DNA from: an uncultured bacterium | GTDB taxonomy: Bacteria > UBP7 > UBA6624 | Direction: 5' to 3' | Assembly: GCA_964507645.1 (NCBI GenBank) | Contig: CAZDPU010000001.1 | Span: forward strand, 1-59,312 | DNA length: 59,312 nucleotides | Shown: piece after piece, positions 1 through 10,053 of the stretch | Layout: each line of letters opens with the position of its first letter | How positions within the stretch are numbered: the stretch's first letter is position 1 | Program-made: the position numbers and the translations under genes | The notes under the pieces: generated by a model | The model's input: the letters and a program-made list of their open reading frames with translations, nothing else | Database searches by the model: none | Told to the model about the DNA's origin: nothing

Positions 1-165
1 CACAACACCAACACCAAAGAAATTACTTTGATCAGCTACCCCATCTTCCTCAGTTTTTGAATGATAGGCTGCAACTGTAAATGTGGAAATGATTTTTTCA
101 TTGCATGTTTCTGCATAAAGGCTAAAGCAGTTAAAAATAATCAATAAAAATAGTATTTTTTTCAT
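1..165 (-). CDS. DUF1028-like (Ntn-hydrolase-type) secreted protein, partial (runs off window start)
   Basis: Not in ORF track. ATG at 165 with AGGAG RBS (171-175); translates MKKILFLLIIFNCFSLYAETCNEKIISTFTVAAYHSKTEEDGVADQSNFFGVGVV: signal peptide then a TFxIxA...GVA..S..F.VG..V pattern typical of DUF1028. Confidence 0.65.
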   Translation of the reverse strand, partial: MKKILFLLIIFNCFSLYAETCNEKIISTFTVAAYHSKTEEDGVADQSNFFGVGVV

Positions 166-174
166 AGGTTCTCC

Positions 175-1278
175 TTATGGCGCTAATTTCACTATTGTTC
201 CCCAATGTGTGATTAGGTAGAGTTCTCCTTCTTTATCTTCTGCGAAAGATGTAATAGACCCCTCAAATTCATCTCCGTTCCACATCATTGTCAATTTTTC
301 CATCTTTTGATTTTCATTTTTTATGTTTATTGTGTATGCTGACCCTGAAGCATAGTCTGCAAATATGTATTTTTCTTTAAGATTTTCAATCTTCTTTCCC
401 CTATAAACATAACCCCCTGTTATTGAGACTCCCTCTTTGTGGCTATAGACATAAAAAGGTATGTCTAACCCTTTCTTTAGACAGTTTTTTGGAGGGTCGT
501 AACATTCTTTTCCTTCCATGATGTTCCACCCGAAATTAATGCTGGTTTTTTCGAAGGAAGATTTATGAATTTCTTCCCATTTATTTTGTCCAACATCTGC
601 AATCCATAATTCGTTTGTAATTTTGTCGAAAGAGAATCTCCAAGGGTTCCTGAGGCCCCAATGAAGTATTTCTTTGTTTGGTTTATCCGTGTTGTAAAAA
701 GGGTTTTTTTCAGGAATTTTATATTTCTGTTCCTGCCTTGGGGTGGGTTCAATTCTCAACATTGACCCAAGATAAGTTGATTTGTTTTGTCCATGTTTTC
801 TTGGATCTCCTCCAGCACCTCCGTCCCCCATTCCTATATAAAGGTAGTTATCCGGCCCAAAAACTATATATCCTCCGTTGTGGTTTGCCCAAGGTTGAGG
901 GATTTCCATAAGTACAATTTCTTTCGAAACTATTGGTTTGTTTGTTTTTGGATCTATTGGAAATCCAGAAACAACAGTTCTTCCATCTTCTTTTGCTGTG
1001 TAGTTTACAAAAACCCAATTTTCCGAAGGTGTATTTTTTGGACCGATGGCAATTGAAAGCAAGCCTTTTTCTCCGCCACTTGTAATTTTTTCCCTGATGT
1101 CAAGCCATATTTCTCCAGGTTTTTCATTATCTATCTTTTTCACAGTTCCTCTTTGTTCAACAATGAGAATTTCATCATCAAACCAACTCATATGTATTGG
1201 GTATTCAAAATTTCCTGCAATAAATTCAACATTAACTTCAGAAAAAAACAAAAACAAAACAAATGCGAAAATATTCAT
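175..1278 (-). CDS. PQQ-dependent sugar dehydrogenase (glucose/sorbosone dehydrogenase family)
   Basis: GEKGLLSIA, NHNGG..FGPD..LYIGMGDGG, GLRNPWRFSFD, DVGQ, SITGGYVYRG motifs; N-terminal signal. Confidence 0.9.
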   Translation of the reverse strand: MNIFAFVLFLFFSEVNVEFIAGNFEYPIHMSWFDDEILIVEQRGTVKKIDNEKPGEIWLDIREKITSGGEKGLLSIAIGPKNTPSENWVFVNYTAKEDGRTVVSGFPIDPKTNKPIVSKEIVLMEIPQPWANHNGGYIVFGPDNYLYIGMGDGGAGGDPRKHGQNKSTYLGSMLRIEPTPRQEQKYKIPEKNPFYNTDKPNKEILHWGLRNPWRFSFDKITNELWIADVGQNKWEEIHKSSFEKTSINFGWNIMEGKECYDPPKNCLKKGLDIPFYVYSHKEGVSITGGYVYRGKKIENLKEKYIFADYASGSAYTINIKNENQKMEKLTMMWNGDEFEGSITSFAEDKEGELYLITHWGTIVKLAP

Positions 1279-1285
1279 AATTATT

Positions 1286-1295
1286 AGTGTAAACT
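1286..1295. promoter_or_regulatory. Putative overlapping bidirectional -10 elements
   Basis: TACACT (- strand, 1286-1291) and TAAACT (+ strand, 1290-1295), each 7 nt upstream of the divergent ATGs at 1278 and 1303; 24-bp intergenic gap with no SD. Confidence 0.45.
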
Positions 1296-1302
1296 TTTTT
1301 CA

Positions 1303-1659
1303 ATGAACAATAATTTTTTTCTATTCCTTTTGGTTATTTGCTGGGTGAATGTTTTGACTTTTGAAAAAAGAGCAAAAGAATGTGTCTTGAATAGCAGGTG
1401 GGCAAAGTGGAAAGGAATTCCTGTTTACAAAATTGGGTGGTTTGTTTATCCTCTTATTTTTTTCTTTTGGTTTTTTTCAAATTCTTTTTTTGAAGACTAC
1501 AAGGAAATTTTAAGATGGGGAATTTCTGCTGGTTTATTTGTTTCAAGCACAAGGCAAGCATGGGGTTTGAGGTGGCTTGATGATCCTTGTGCCGCTTGTC
1601 TTTCCGGTCATTTTTGTAATTTGCTTATAATTCTAATTCTTGCCTTTAGGCTAGTTTGA
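1303..1659 (+). CDS. Vitamin K epoxide reductase (VKOR)-like membrane protein
   Basis: Hydrophobic 118 aa; C-V-L-N-S-R-W-A-K-W-K-G-I-P-V..G segment and C-terminal CAAC (CxxC)...H typical of VKOR. Confidence 0.6.
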   Translation: MNNNFFLFLLVICWVNVLTFEKRAKECVLNSRWAKWKGIPVYKIGWFVYPLIFFFWFFSNSFFEDYKEILRWGISAGLFVSSTRQAWGLRWLDDPCAACLSGHFCNLLIILILAFRLV

Positions 1660-1661
1660 AA

Positions 1662-2600
1662 ATGGATAAATTTGAAATAAAAATAGCCCAACCGAGAGGT
1701 TTTTGTGCAGGTGTTGATAGGGCCATTGAGATTGTTGAACAAGCCATTGATATTTTTGGAAGCCCTATCTATGTAAGACACGAAATTGTTCACAATCAAA
1801 GAGTGGTTGATGACCTAAGGGAAAAAGGTACTGTTTTTATTGAGGATATTAATGATGTTCCTGATGATTCAATTTTGATATTTAGTGCTCATGGAACAGG
1901 AAAGGAATTGTTAAAAAGAGCAAGATCTAGAAAACTTAAAGTCATTGATGCAGCCTGTCCTTTAGTTACAAAGGTACACATGGAAGCAATTAAATATTTT
2001 CAACAAGGTTTTTCGATAGTTTTGATTGGACATGAGGGACATATAGAGGTTGAGGGCACTATGGGCCAATTACCAGAAGGAGAGATTAAGCTTGTTGAAA
2101 CAGTTGAAGACATAGAGGCTCTTGATTTTTCAGAAGATGAGAATGTGGCAGTTATCACACAAACAACTTTAAGTGTTGATGACACTTTTGAAATTATGCA
2201 ATCGTTGAAAGAGAAATATGTGAATTTGATAACTCCAAAAGCGGATGATATTTGTTATGCAACTCAAAATAGGCAGGATGCTGTAAAAAGCCTTGCTAAA
2301 GAATGTGATTTGATTCTTGTTCTTGGCGCTAAAAATTCAAGCAATAGCAATAGATTACGAGAGGTTGGAGAAAAATGTGGAATCAATTCTTATCTTATTG
2401 ACGATGCTTCACAGTTAAAGGCTTCATGGCTTGAAGGTGTTTCTTCGGTCGGTGTCACTGCAGGAGCTTCTGCTCCTGAGGTTTTAATAGATGATCTGAT
2501 TTCAAAATTAGTGAATTCTGGAGGAAGTTTTCCTAAGTTTAAAAAAGGGAAGGTTGAGAAGGTCTCTTTTCCGTTACCTCTTGAAATCCAAGGTCAGTAG
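1662..2600 (+). CDS. ispH: 4-hydroxy-3-methylbut-2-enyl diphosphate reductase
   Basis: PRGFCAGVDRA, IVHN, DAACPLV, ICYATQNRQ, SSNSNRL, TAGASAPE; ATG 1662 preferred over TTG 1656. Confidence 0.97.
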   Translation: MDKFEIKIAQPRGFCAGVDRAIEIVEQAIDIFGSPIYVRHEIVHNQRVVDDLREKGTVFIEDINDVPDDSILIFSAHGTGKELLKRARSRKLKVIDAACPLVTKVHMEAIKYFQQGFSIVLIGHEGHIEVEGTMGQLPEGEIKLVETVEDIEALDFSEDENVAVITQTTLSVDDTFEIMQSLKEKYVNLITPKADDICYATQNRQDAVKSLAKECDLILVLGAKNSSNSNRLREVGEKCGINSYLIDDASQLKASWLEGVSSVGVTAGASAPEVLIDDLISKLVNSGGSFPKFKKGKVEKVSFPLPLEIQGQ

Positions 2601-2610
2601 TTCAGGATTT

Positions 2611-3000
2611 TTAAAGACACGATATTATTTCAGTTTTTTTTGGAGTTGAATACAGCACTGCCTTTTGGTTAAATAGTTTGCCTAATGCAACAATCACATC
2701 TTTTTTGATATCTTCGACTGTAAAGCTTTCTTCTTTGTGGTTTTTTAATCCACAATTTGTTTTATAGCAATTCAAATGCAATTCCTTTAATTTTGATTCA
2801 AGAATCCTGTTGGTTTTTTTATTTTTTTCTATTGTTTCTTTTTTCCCAAAAGGGTTCCATGCGGTAATGATCCCAAATGTTTTTTTGCTTAGGGTTTTAC
2901 ACGCCCCTCTTTCATTGACTTTAAAAGAAACTAAAACTTCTTTATCATTTTTCACCCAGTATTCACTTTGGTAATATTCTGGAGGAATTTTTTTATTCAT
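2611..3000 (-). CDS. DUF3293-like protein
   Basis: ITAWNP motif, EESF, LGKLFNQKAV pattern. Confidence 0.7.
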   Translation of the reverse strand: MNKKIPPEYYQSEYWVKNDKEVLVSFKVNERGACKTLSKKTFGIITAWNPFGKKETIEKNKKTNRILESKLKELHLNCYKTNCGLKNHKEESFTVEDIKKDVIVALGKLFNQKAVLYSTPKKTEIISCL

Positions 3001-4184
3001 TCAGTTGCGGAATCAACAACTGCGGCTCCAATCGAATCTCCCCAAACATTAACCGCTGTTCTGAACCTATCTAAAAACCAATCAACTCCAATTATTAAGC
3101 CAACACCCTCCAAAGGCAATCCAACTGCTGTTAAAACTAAAGACATTGTGACAAGTCCTGCTTGGGGTATTCCCGCAGCTCCAATACTTGCAAGCGTAGC
3201 CGTAAGTGCGATGATTATTACTTGACTTAAATCAAGATTCATGTTGTATGCTTGTGCTATAAAAACAACTGCAACTGCTTCATACAATGCTGTACCATCC
3301 ATGTTTATTGTTGCGCCCAAAGGAAGTACAAATTTACGTGTGTTTTTTGAAACTTTTGCCTTTTTGACACAGTTCATGGTTAAGGGCAATGTTGCACTGC
3401 TGCTTCCTGTTGATAGGGCATTTAGCAAAGCAGGACCCATTGTTTTAAAGTAATCCTTTATTTTTCTTTTTGTTTTTAAGAAGATAACCGGAAGGGTGAT
3501 TGTTGAGTGTATTAAAAGACCTAAGAAAACGACAATCATGTAGCTCATTACAAAATTCAAAGACTCAAGTCCCCTTGTTGCAATCGTGTTGCCAATAAGT
3601 GCAAAAATCCCATACGGGGTTAAATAAATAACCCACATTGTCATCTTTAAAACAGCTTCAAACATTGATTCGAAAAAACTAGCTGCAGGTTCTCCTTTTT
3701 TCCCTGTTAGCCCAATAGAGAAGCCCAAAAGTAAAGAAAAGATGATTATTGGAAGTATTTTCCCTTGTGCTAGTGATTCCATAGGGTTTGTTGGAATAAA
3801 CGAATAAAGAAGTTCTTTAACTGTAGTTCCATTTTTGACTACATCTGGAGCGACAAGACTTACTCCCTCTAGGTTTAACCCTTGTCCAGGTTGCATGCTT
3901 ATTACTAAAAATAAACCCAAAATGACAGCAAAAAATGTAGTTAAAAGGTAGTATCCAAAAGTCTTTAAAGCTAATTTTTTTGCTTGAGATTTTCCACTTT
4001 TCAATGCAGAGATTGCTCCTGTTGTCATTGAAAAAAGAACAAGAGGAACGATGAGCATTTTCAAAAGCCTCATAAACATCTCTCCTATCGGAGATATCAA
4101 GATTGAGAATTCTGGAAATTGCCAACCAGCAATTATCCCCAAAACCATTCCGATAGCTATTTTTGTTGTTAGAGATTGTTTCAT
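2997..4184 (-). CDS. Dicarboxylate/amino acid:cation symporter (DAACS, GltP-like)
   Basis: STGSSSATLP, PLGATINMDGTALY, ASIGAAGIP, DRFRTAVNVWGD. Confidence 0.93.
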   Translation of the reverse strand: MKQSLTTKIAIGMVLGIIAGWQFPEFSILISPIGEMFMRLLKMLIVPLVLFSMTTGAISALKSGKSQAKKLALKTFGYYLLTTFFAVILGLFLVISMQPGQGLNLEGVSLVAPDVVKNGTTVKELLYSFIPTNPMESLAQGKILPIIIFSLLLGFSIGLTGKKGEPAASFFESMFEAVLKMTMWVIYLTPYGIFALIGNTIATRGLESLNFVMSYMIVVFLGLLIHSTITLPVIFLKTKRKIKDYFKTMGPALLNALSTGSSSATLPLTMNCVKKAKVSKNTRKFVLPLGATINMDGTALYEAVAVVFIAQAYNMNLDLSQVIIIALTATLASIGAAGIPQAGLVTMSLVLTAVGLPLEGVGLIIGVDWFLDRFRTAVNVWGDSIGAAVVDSATE

Positions 4185-4223
4185 GATTTCGAAATATGAT
4201 TGTACTAATTATTACGATGCCTT

Positions 4224-5024
4224 ATGTTTAAGTTAGTCAATTGTTCTTTAGTCATCTTCACGATTTCTTGCATACTTATTGTTTTGGATGATTTAAATAG
4301 TTTCCAGCTTGGAAATTCTTTGATGTTTTTGTCTTTAGTTTTAATTTATTTTTCTAAAAAAAATGAATTTAAAAATTATTTCTTTTTGGCGATTTCATTT
4401 TATATGGCGCATTATGCTGATATAAATACGAATCTTGACATTGGCAATATTGTTTTATTAACATCAGTGTTTTTTTTAATGGTTTGGGTGCCGGCAAGGT
4501 TTTCTTCAGGGTTGATTACTTTTGATTTTAAATTTCAAAAATGGAACAAACAGCAATTTTCATGGTTTTTGAAAACTGGTTTTCTTGCATTGGTAATCCT
4601 CTATTTTTATTTTAATGATGCATTAACAGCTGGGGGTTTGCCGGTTCACAGAAGCTGGTCAATTGACGGGGGAACAGGGCTTCCTTTGGATATTGTTAGC
4701 CTTGAGAAGAATTTAATTCTTTTTGGCGCTTGTATGCTTTTAGGCTGCTGGGATGAGATATTTTTTATCAATACTGTTTTGGCAATATTCAAAAAATCAA
4801 ATCCATTTTGGCTTGCAAATTTTTGCCAATCTCTTCTATTTGCTTCCTTTCTTTATGAGTTGGCATTTCAGGACTGGGGTCCTTTAATGATTATTCTTTT
4901 TGCTATCGTTCAAGGGAATATATTGAAAAAAACACATGATCTGGTTTATGTTATATGTCTGCATTTATTTGCAGATACTATTTTATTTTTTTATATCTTG
5001 AATGGCCACTATTCTTTTTTCTAG
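4224..5024 (+). CDS. CPBP (Abi/CAAX protease-like) intramembrane protein
   Basis: Multi-TM; WDEIFF, FASFLYELAF, HLFAD motifs (variant EE/H motifs). Confidence 0.65.
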   Translation: MFKLVNCSLVIFTISCILIVLDDLNSFQLGNSLMFLSLVLIYFSKKNEFKNYFFLAISFYMAHYADINTNLDIGNIVLLTSVFFLMVWVPARFSSGLITFDFKFQKWNKQQFSWFLKTGFLALVILYFYFNDALTAGGLPVHRSWSIDGGTGLPLDIVSLEKNLILFGACMLLGCWDEIFFINTVLAIFKKSNPFWLANFCQSLLFASFLYELAFQDWGPLMIILFAIVQGNILKKTHDLVYVICLHLFADTILFFYILNGHYSFF

Positions 5025-5491
5025 CTATTTTTTTCAAGATTTTTAATAAGATTTTCAGTACATTTGTAAACTATTTGGAAAACATTTTCAAATCCATCTT
5101 CTCCACCATAGTAGGGATCTGGAACATCCGGATTTTGTTTATTTTTTTCAAAATCTCTCATTAGTTTGATTTTGTTTTTTTCCCCAGGTTCTTTTGCAAG
5201 AATCTCAAGGTCATTTTTATTTTTTCTATCCATTGCGATAATTAAATCAAAATCTTGAAAGTCGTTTGTTTTGAATTGTCTAGACCTGCTAGTTAGATTG
5301 ATATTGTGTTTTTTTGCCACCTCTCTCATCCTGGGGTCTGCCATTTGCCCAACATGCCAACTTCCCGTTCCACAGGATTTTGAAACAAGAAAACCCTCAA
5401 AGCCCTTTTTTTTGACAATTGAATTAAAAATAGCCTCACCAAGAGGTGATCTGCATATGTTTCCAAGGCAAACAAATAATACTTTCCTCAT
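5021..5491 (-). CDS. Low-molecular-weight protein-tyrosine phosphatase
   Basis: VCLGNICRS P-loop and DPYY motif. Confidence 0.95.
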   Translation of the reverse strand: MRKVLFVCLGNICRSPLGEAIFNSIVKKKGFEGFLVSKSCGTGSWHVGQMADPRMREVAKKHNINLTSRSRQFKTNDFQDFDLIIAMDRKNKNDLEILAKEPGEKNKIKLMRDFEKNKQNPDVPDPYYGGEDGFENVFQIVYKCTENLIKNLEKNS

Positions 5492-5519
5492 TTTTTTATA
5501 GAATTATATTTGTTGTTTT

Positions 5520-6302
5520 ATGGAGAATGTAGATATGTTGAATATAGAGAATCTTAAAGTGTCTGTTGGAGACAAGCAGGTTTTAAAGGGTGTTGACATC
5601 GAGGTTAAAAAAGGAGAAGTTCATGCAATCATGGGTCCAAATGGCTCAGGAAAGAGTACTTTGGCATATTCTTTAATGGGGCATCCTCTTTATGAAATAA
5701 ATTCTGGAAGTGTTCTTTTTGATGGAGAGGATATTATTGATTTTGAGCCTCATGAAAAAGCTCAAAAAGGATTGTTTTTAGCATTTCAATATCCAATGGA
5801 GATTCCCGGTCTTCAGATGGAGAGTTTTCTAAGAAGTGCTGTTTCTGCCGTAAAGGGCAAAGAGGAAACAAAAGATGTTTTTGAATTTCATAGAAAGGTT
5901 TTGAAAGAGATGAGGTATTTGGGAATTGATGAATCTTTTGCTAACAGATATCTGAACGATGGTTTTTCCGGCGGAGAAAAAAAGAGAGCAGAGGTTTTGC
6001 AAATGCTTTTATTGGAGCCAACAATGGCTATTCTTGATGAGACTGATTCAGGCTTAGATATTGATGCAATCAAAATCGTTGCAAAGGGAGTTAACCGCTT
6101 GAAAGACAAAGGAATGTCTATTTTAATAATCACACATTATCAAAGAATTCTTGATTACATTTGTCCAGATAGAGTTAGTGTTTTGAGTGGTGGAAAAATA
6201 CTAAAAACCTCTGGTCCAGAATTAGCAAAGGAGTTAGAAAAAACAGGATATAAGAATTTTTCATCAAAAAAAGATTCATCTGATTTGTCTGTTGATTTTT
6301 AA
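5520..6302 (+). CDS. sufC: Fe-S cluster assembly ATPase SufC
   Basis: GPNGSGKST, FLAFQYP, FSGGEKKR, LDETDSGLD. Confidence 0.96.
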   Translation: MENVDMLNIENLKVSVGDKQVLKGVDIEVKKGEVHAIMGPNGSGKSTLAYSLMGHPLYEINSGSVLFDGEDIIDFEPHEKAQKGLFLAFQYPMEIPGLQMESFLRSAVSAVKGKEETKDVFEFHRKVLKEMRYLGIDESFANRYLNDGFSGGEKKRAEVLQMLLLEPTMAILDETDSGLDIDAIKIVAKGVNRLKDKGMSILIITHYQRILDYICPDRVSVLSGGKILKTSGPELAKELEKTGYKNFSSKKDSSDLSVDF

Positions 6303-7717
6303 TGAGTAAAGAAGAAAGTTTCAGTCAGGATTTTTCCGAATTTGATAATTATCAATTCGGACATCATGACAAAGTAAAACATATCGCTTCAACGGGGAAG
6401 GGGATATCAAGGGATGTTGTTTCAAAGATATCTGAATTAAAGAATGAACCCTCCTGGATGACTGATATTCGACTCAAGGCTTATGAGGTTTTTGAAAAAA
6501 AACCAATGCCCTCATGGGGCCCAGATTTAAGCGAAATAAATTTTGAAGAATTCACTTATTTCATAAGATCTACCGAAAAAGAAAGCGATCAGTGGGAAGA
6601 CATGCCGCAAGAAATTCTTGATACTTTTGACAAGTTGGGAATTCCTGAGGCTGAAAAAAAGTTTTTAGCGGGAGCAAGTGCACAATACGAAAGTGAAGCT
6701 GTCTACCACAAGCTTAATGAAGAGCTTGGAAAACAAGGGGTTATTTTTTTAACAATGGACCAGGCTGTAAAAGATGAACCTGAATTAGTAAAAAAATATT
6801 TTGGCTCTGTAATACCTGCTTCAGACAATAAGTTTTCCGCTCTTAACACTGCTGTTTGGTCTGGAGGTTCTTTCATCTATGTGCCTCCTGGCGTTGAGGT
6901 TAACACGCCATTACAGACTTATTTCAGGATAAATGAAGAAGAATTTGGCCAATTTGAAAGAACTTTAATTATTGCAGATGAAGGAGCTAAGGTTGTTTAT
7001 AACGAAGGTTGCTCTGCCCCCAAATGGGCAAAATCTTCATTGCATGCTGCTGTTGTTGAGCTGGTTGCACTTGATAATTCACGTATCGACTACCAAACAA
7101 TTCAGAATTGGTATAAAAACATTTACAACCTTGTTACAAAAAGAGCTGTTGCAAAAAAGAATGCAACTGTTACTTGGCTGGACATAAATGTTGGTTCTCG
7201 AATAACAATTAAATATCCAAGTGTGATGATGATGGGAGAGGGTGCCAGGGGCGAAGTTCAGTCTATAGCTTTTGCAAATGAAGAACAGCTTCAGGATTCT
7301 GGTGCAAAAATGATTCATGGAGCTCCAAATACAACAAGTGTTGTTACTAGCAAAAGCATTTCAAAAGGCACCGGCAGGTCTTCTTATAGGGGTTTGGTTA
7401 AGGTTTTAAAAGGTGCAAAAAATTCTTCTTGCAGGGTTGAATGTGATGCTCTTTTGATTAATGAGGAAAGTAGAACTGATACATATCCAGTTATGGATAT
7501 ATCTGAAGATGATACACAGATCGCACATGAAGCAAGTGTTTCAAAAGTAAATGAGGATCAGATTTTTTATTTGCAGAGCAGGGGTATTCCAGAAATTGAT
7601 GCAATGAAAATGGTTGTTAACGGTTTCTTAGAGCCCATGGTTAAAAAGCTGCCTCTTGAATATTCTGTTGAGTTTCAACGTCTTGTTGAACTGGAATTAG
7701 AAGGCTCTGTTGGATGA
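6302..7717 (+). CDS. sufB: Fe-S cluster assembly protein SufB
   Basis: AQYESE, GQFERTLII, EGCSAP, LHAAVVE, HEASVSK, LEYSVE..RL..LELEGSVG. Confidence 0.96.
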   Translation: MSKEESFSQDFSEFDNYQFGHHDKVKHIASTGKGISRDVVSKISELKNEPSWMTDIRLKAYEVFEKKPMPSWGPDLSEINFEEFTYFIRSTEKESDQWEDMPQEILDTFDKLGIPEAEKKFLAGASAQYESEAVYHKLNEELGKQGVIFLTMDQAVKDEPELVKKYFGSVIPASDNKFSALNTAVWSGGSFIYVPPGVEVNTPLQTYFRINEEEFGQFERTLIIADEGAKVVYNEGCSAPKWAKSSLHAAVVELVALDNSRIDYQTIQNWYKNIYNLVTKRAVAKKNATVTWLDINVGSRITIKYPSVMMMGEGARGEVQSIAFANEEQLQDSGAKMIHGAPNTTSVVTSKSISKGTGRSSYRGLVKVLKGAKNSSCRVECDALLINEESRTDTYPVMDISEDDTQIAHEASVSKVNEDQIFYLQSRGIPEIDAMKMVVNGFLEPMVKKLPLEYSVEFQRLVELELEGSVG

Positions 7718-8835
7718 AGCAATTTTCTTGGCCTGATAGAACAAATGAATATTGGAGAAGAGCTTCTTTCCTCAAACCTCCTCAAGATTTTAAAATAAGT
7801 GATATTTCTCCTGTAGAAAAATGGGAAATTTTACCAGATTTAAATGCTCATATTTCTTTTAGCAACGGCAATCTTATAGATCAAGATTTAAAGGAAGGGG
7901 TTTTCATAAAATCGATAAATCCAAATGACTCTTTAGATAGGCCTGGTTCTATACCTGGTGGAGAATCTTGGAACCAATGGACTATTTCAAATGGAAATGT
8001 TTACCAGATTGATATTGATGATAGTTTCCCTGAAAACGAACCTTTGGTTATAAGAGAGAAGGTTTCTCCTGAAGGCAAGGTTAGTTCAAATTATTTTTTC
8101 TGCAATATTAAAAAAAATATTAATCTTTCAATTTATTACCTTGTAGAAGGGAGCGGAGAAGGTTTTCATTCTGGGGGTTTTACCATTGTTTTAGATTCTT
8201 CTTCAGATTTAAAATTAATGCATATCCAAGATATTTCAAAAAAAACTGATGCTAGATTTAATTGGGAGATTAAAAATAACAAAAAAACTAATTCAGAATG
8301 GAATTTGGCTGCTCTGGGTGGAAGAAACGTAAGGCATGAGTGCAGGCTTGAATTACAAAAAGAATCTAGTTCATCTCTAAAGGGTGTTTATGTTCCTTAT
8401 GCTGGACAAAGGCATGAGTTTCAAACCCAGCAAAATCACAAGGAAGGTGATTCAACCAGCGATCTTTTGTTAAAAGGTGCTGTTGGTTCCGGCTCAAGAG
8501 GTATTTTTCAAGGAATGATAAATATTAGACCTGAAGCTCAGAAAAGTAATGCATATCAAACAAATCGAAACCTTTCATTGTCTAGAAATGCAAGAATTGA
8601 AACCATTCCCGGACTTGAAATCGAAGCAAATGATGTTAAATGTTCTCATGGAGCAACGGTTAGCAAGATTGATCCTTACTCCCTTTTTTATCTGTCTTCT
8701 AGAGGGATAGAGAAAAACGAAGCGGCTAAGCTTTTAGCAGAGGGGTTTTTTTACGAAGTATCTGATAATTTTCCAAAAGAAATCAGATCTGTTGTTAATG
8801 AAAATATCAACAAAAGACTTTTAGAGGCTTTCTGA
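7714..8835 (+). CDS. sufD: Fe-S cluster assembly protein SufD
   Basis: AQKSNAYQTNRNL, PGLEIEANDVKCSHGATV; operon position. Confidence 0.9.
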   Translation: MKQFSWPDRTNEYWRRASFLKPPQDFKISDISPVEKWEILPDLNAHISFSNGNLIDQDLKEGVFIKSINPNDSLDRPGSIPGGESWNQWTISNGNVYQIDIDDSFPENEPLVIREKVSPEGKVSSNYFFCNIKKNINLSIYYLVEGSGEGFHSGGFTIVLDSSSDLKLMHIQDISKKTDARFNWEIKNNKKTNSEWNLAALGGRNVRHECRLELQKESSSSLKGVYVPYAGQRHEFQTQQNHKEGDSTSDLLLKGAVGSGSRGIFQGMINIRPEAQKSNAYQTNRNLSLSRNARIETIPGLEIEANDVKCSHGATVSKIDPYSLFYLSSRGIEKNEAAKLLAEGFFYEVSDNFPKEIRSVVNENINKRLLEAF

Positions 8836-8838
8836 CCC

Positions 8839-10053
8839 ATGTCTCTTTTGGGCAAAAAGATAAGAAAAAGATTCCCAATTCTTAAGAGAAAAATAAGGGG
8901 TAAAAGATTTGTTTATTTGGACAGTTCTGCAACAACGCAAAAGCCAATTGAGGTTATCGAGAAGATTCAAAACTATTATTTAAATACAAATGCAAATGTT
9001 CATAGGGGTTTGTATAAGGTAGCCGAAGAAGCAACTTTAGAGTATGAAGATGCTAGGAGGAAAATTTCAAATTGGTTTGGATTTCATTCTAAAAATTTAA
9101 TCTTTACAAGAGGTACAACTGAAGCAATTAATCTTGTTTCAAAAAGCTGGGGTGAAGAAAATATTTCCAAAGGAGATAGGGTTTTGGTTCCACTATCTGA
9201 ACATCACAGTAATTATGTTCCATGGCAAATGGTTTGTGAAAAGATGAAGGCTTCTTTTGTTCCAATACCACTTTCCGAGGACCAAAAAATAGATAAATGT
9301 ATCTTGGAAAAAGAATTAAAAAAAGGAGCCAAAATTTTAGCCTTTTCTGCACAGGGTAATGTTTTAGGGAAGAAGGAAGATGTTAAGTCTATTTGTGCTT
9401 TAGCAAAAAAACACAAAACTACAACCCTTGTAGATGGTGCCCAAGCTTCTGGTCATTCGAAAATGGATGTTAAAGATTTAGGTTGTGATTTTTTTGCTTT
9501 TTCAGGACATAAAATGCTTGGACCCATGGGAATAGGAGGTTTGCTCGTTGCTGATGAATTCTTGATGAGCCTTCCTGCATGGCAGGGTGGGGGAGAGATG
9601 ATTTCTGATGTTCAATTAGACAGTTGGACCCCTGCTTTACCCCCTTATAGATTTGAAGCTGGAACTCCAAATGTTGTTGGAGCTATTGGACTAGCCCAAG
9701 CTGTAGATGTTTTGGATGAATTTGTACAACTTGGACTTGAAGAGCATGTTGCAAGCCTGTCTGAATGCACTCATGAAAAACTCAAAAAGATTGAAGGCCT
9801 TAACCTCTTATGTGAAAAAAATCCTTATGGAGCTATTTCGTTTTGGGTCAACTCTTTACACCCCCATGATTTAGCAACTGTTATGGATCAAGATGGCATT
9901 GCTGTTCGTGCAGGTCATCATTGCGCCAAACCTCTTCACCACTCCTTGGGAGTCCAATCAAGCCTTAGGGCAAGTTTTCATGCCTACAATGATTTTGATG
10001 ACATAGATGACTTGGCAAATTCTTTAAAAAGAGCATTCTCTTTCCTCTTATGA
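8839..10053 (+). CDS. sufS: Cysteine desulfurase SufS
   Basis: YLDSSATTQKP, ANVHRG, FSGHKMLGP (PLP Lys), RAGHHCA. Confidence 0.95.
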   Translation: MSLLGKKIRKRFPILKRKIRGKRFVYLDSSATTQKPIEVIEKIQNYYLNTNANVHRGLYKVAEEATLEYEDARRKISNWFGFHSKNLIFTRGTTEAINLVSKSWGEENISKGDRVLVPLSEHHSNYVPWQMVCEKMKASFVPIPLSEDQKIDKCILEKELKKGAKILAFSAQGNVLGKKEDVKSICALAKKHKTTTLVDGAQASGHSKMDVKDLGCDFFAFSGHKMLGPMGIGGLLVADEFLMSLPAWQGGGEMISDVQLDSWTPALPPYRFEAGTPNVVGAIGLAQAVDVLDEFVQLGLEEHVASLSECTHEKLKKIEGLNLLCEKNPYGAISFWVNSLHPHDLATVMDQDGIAVRAGHHCAKPLHHSLGVQSSLRASFHAYNDFDDIDDLANSLKRAFSFLL

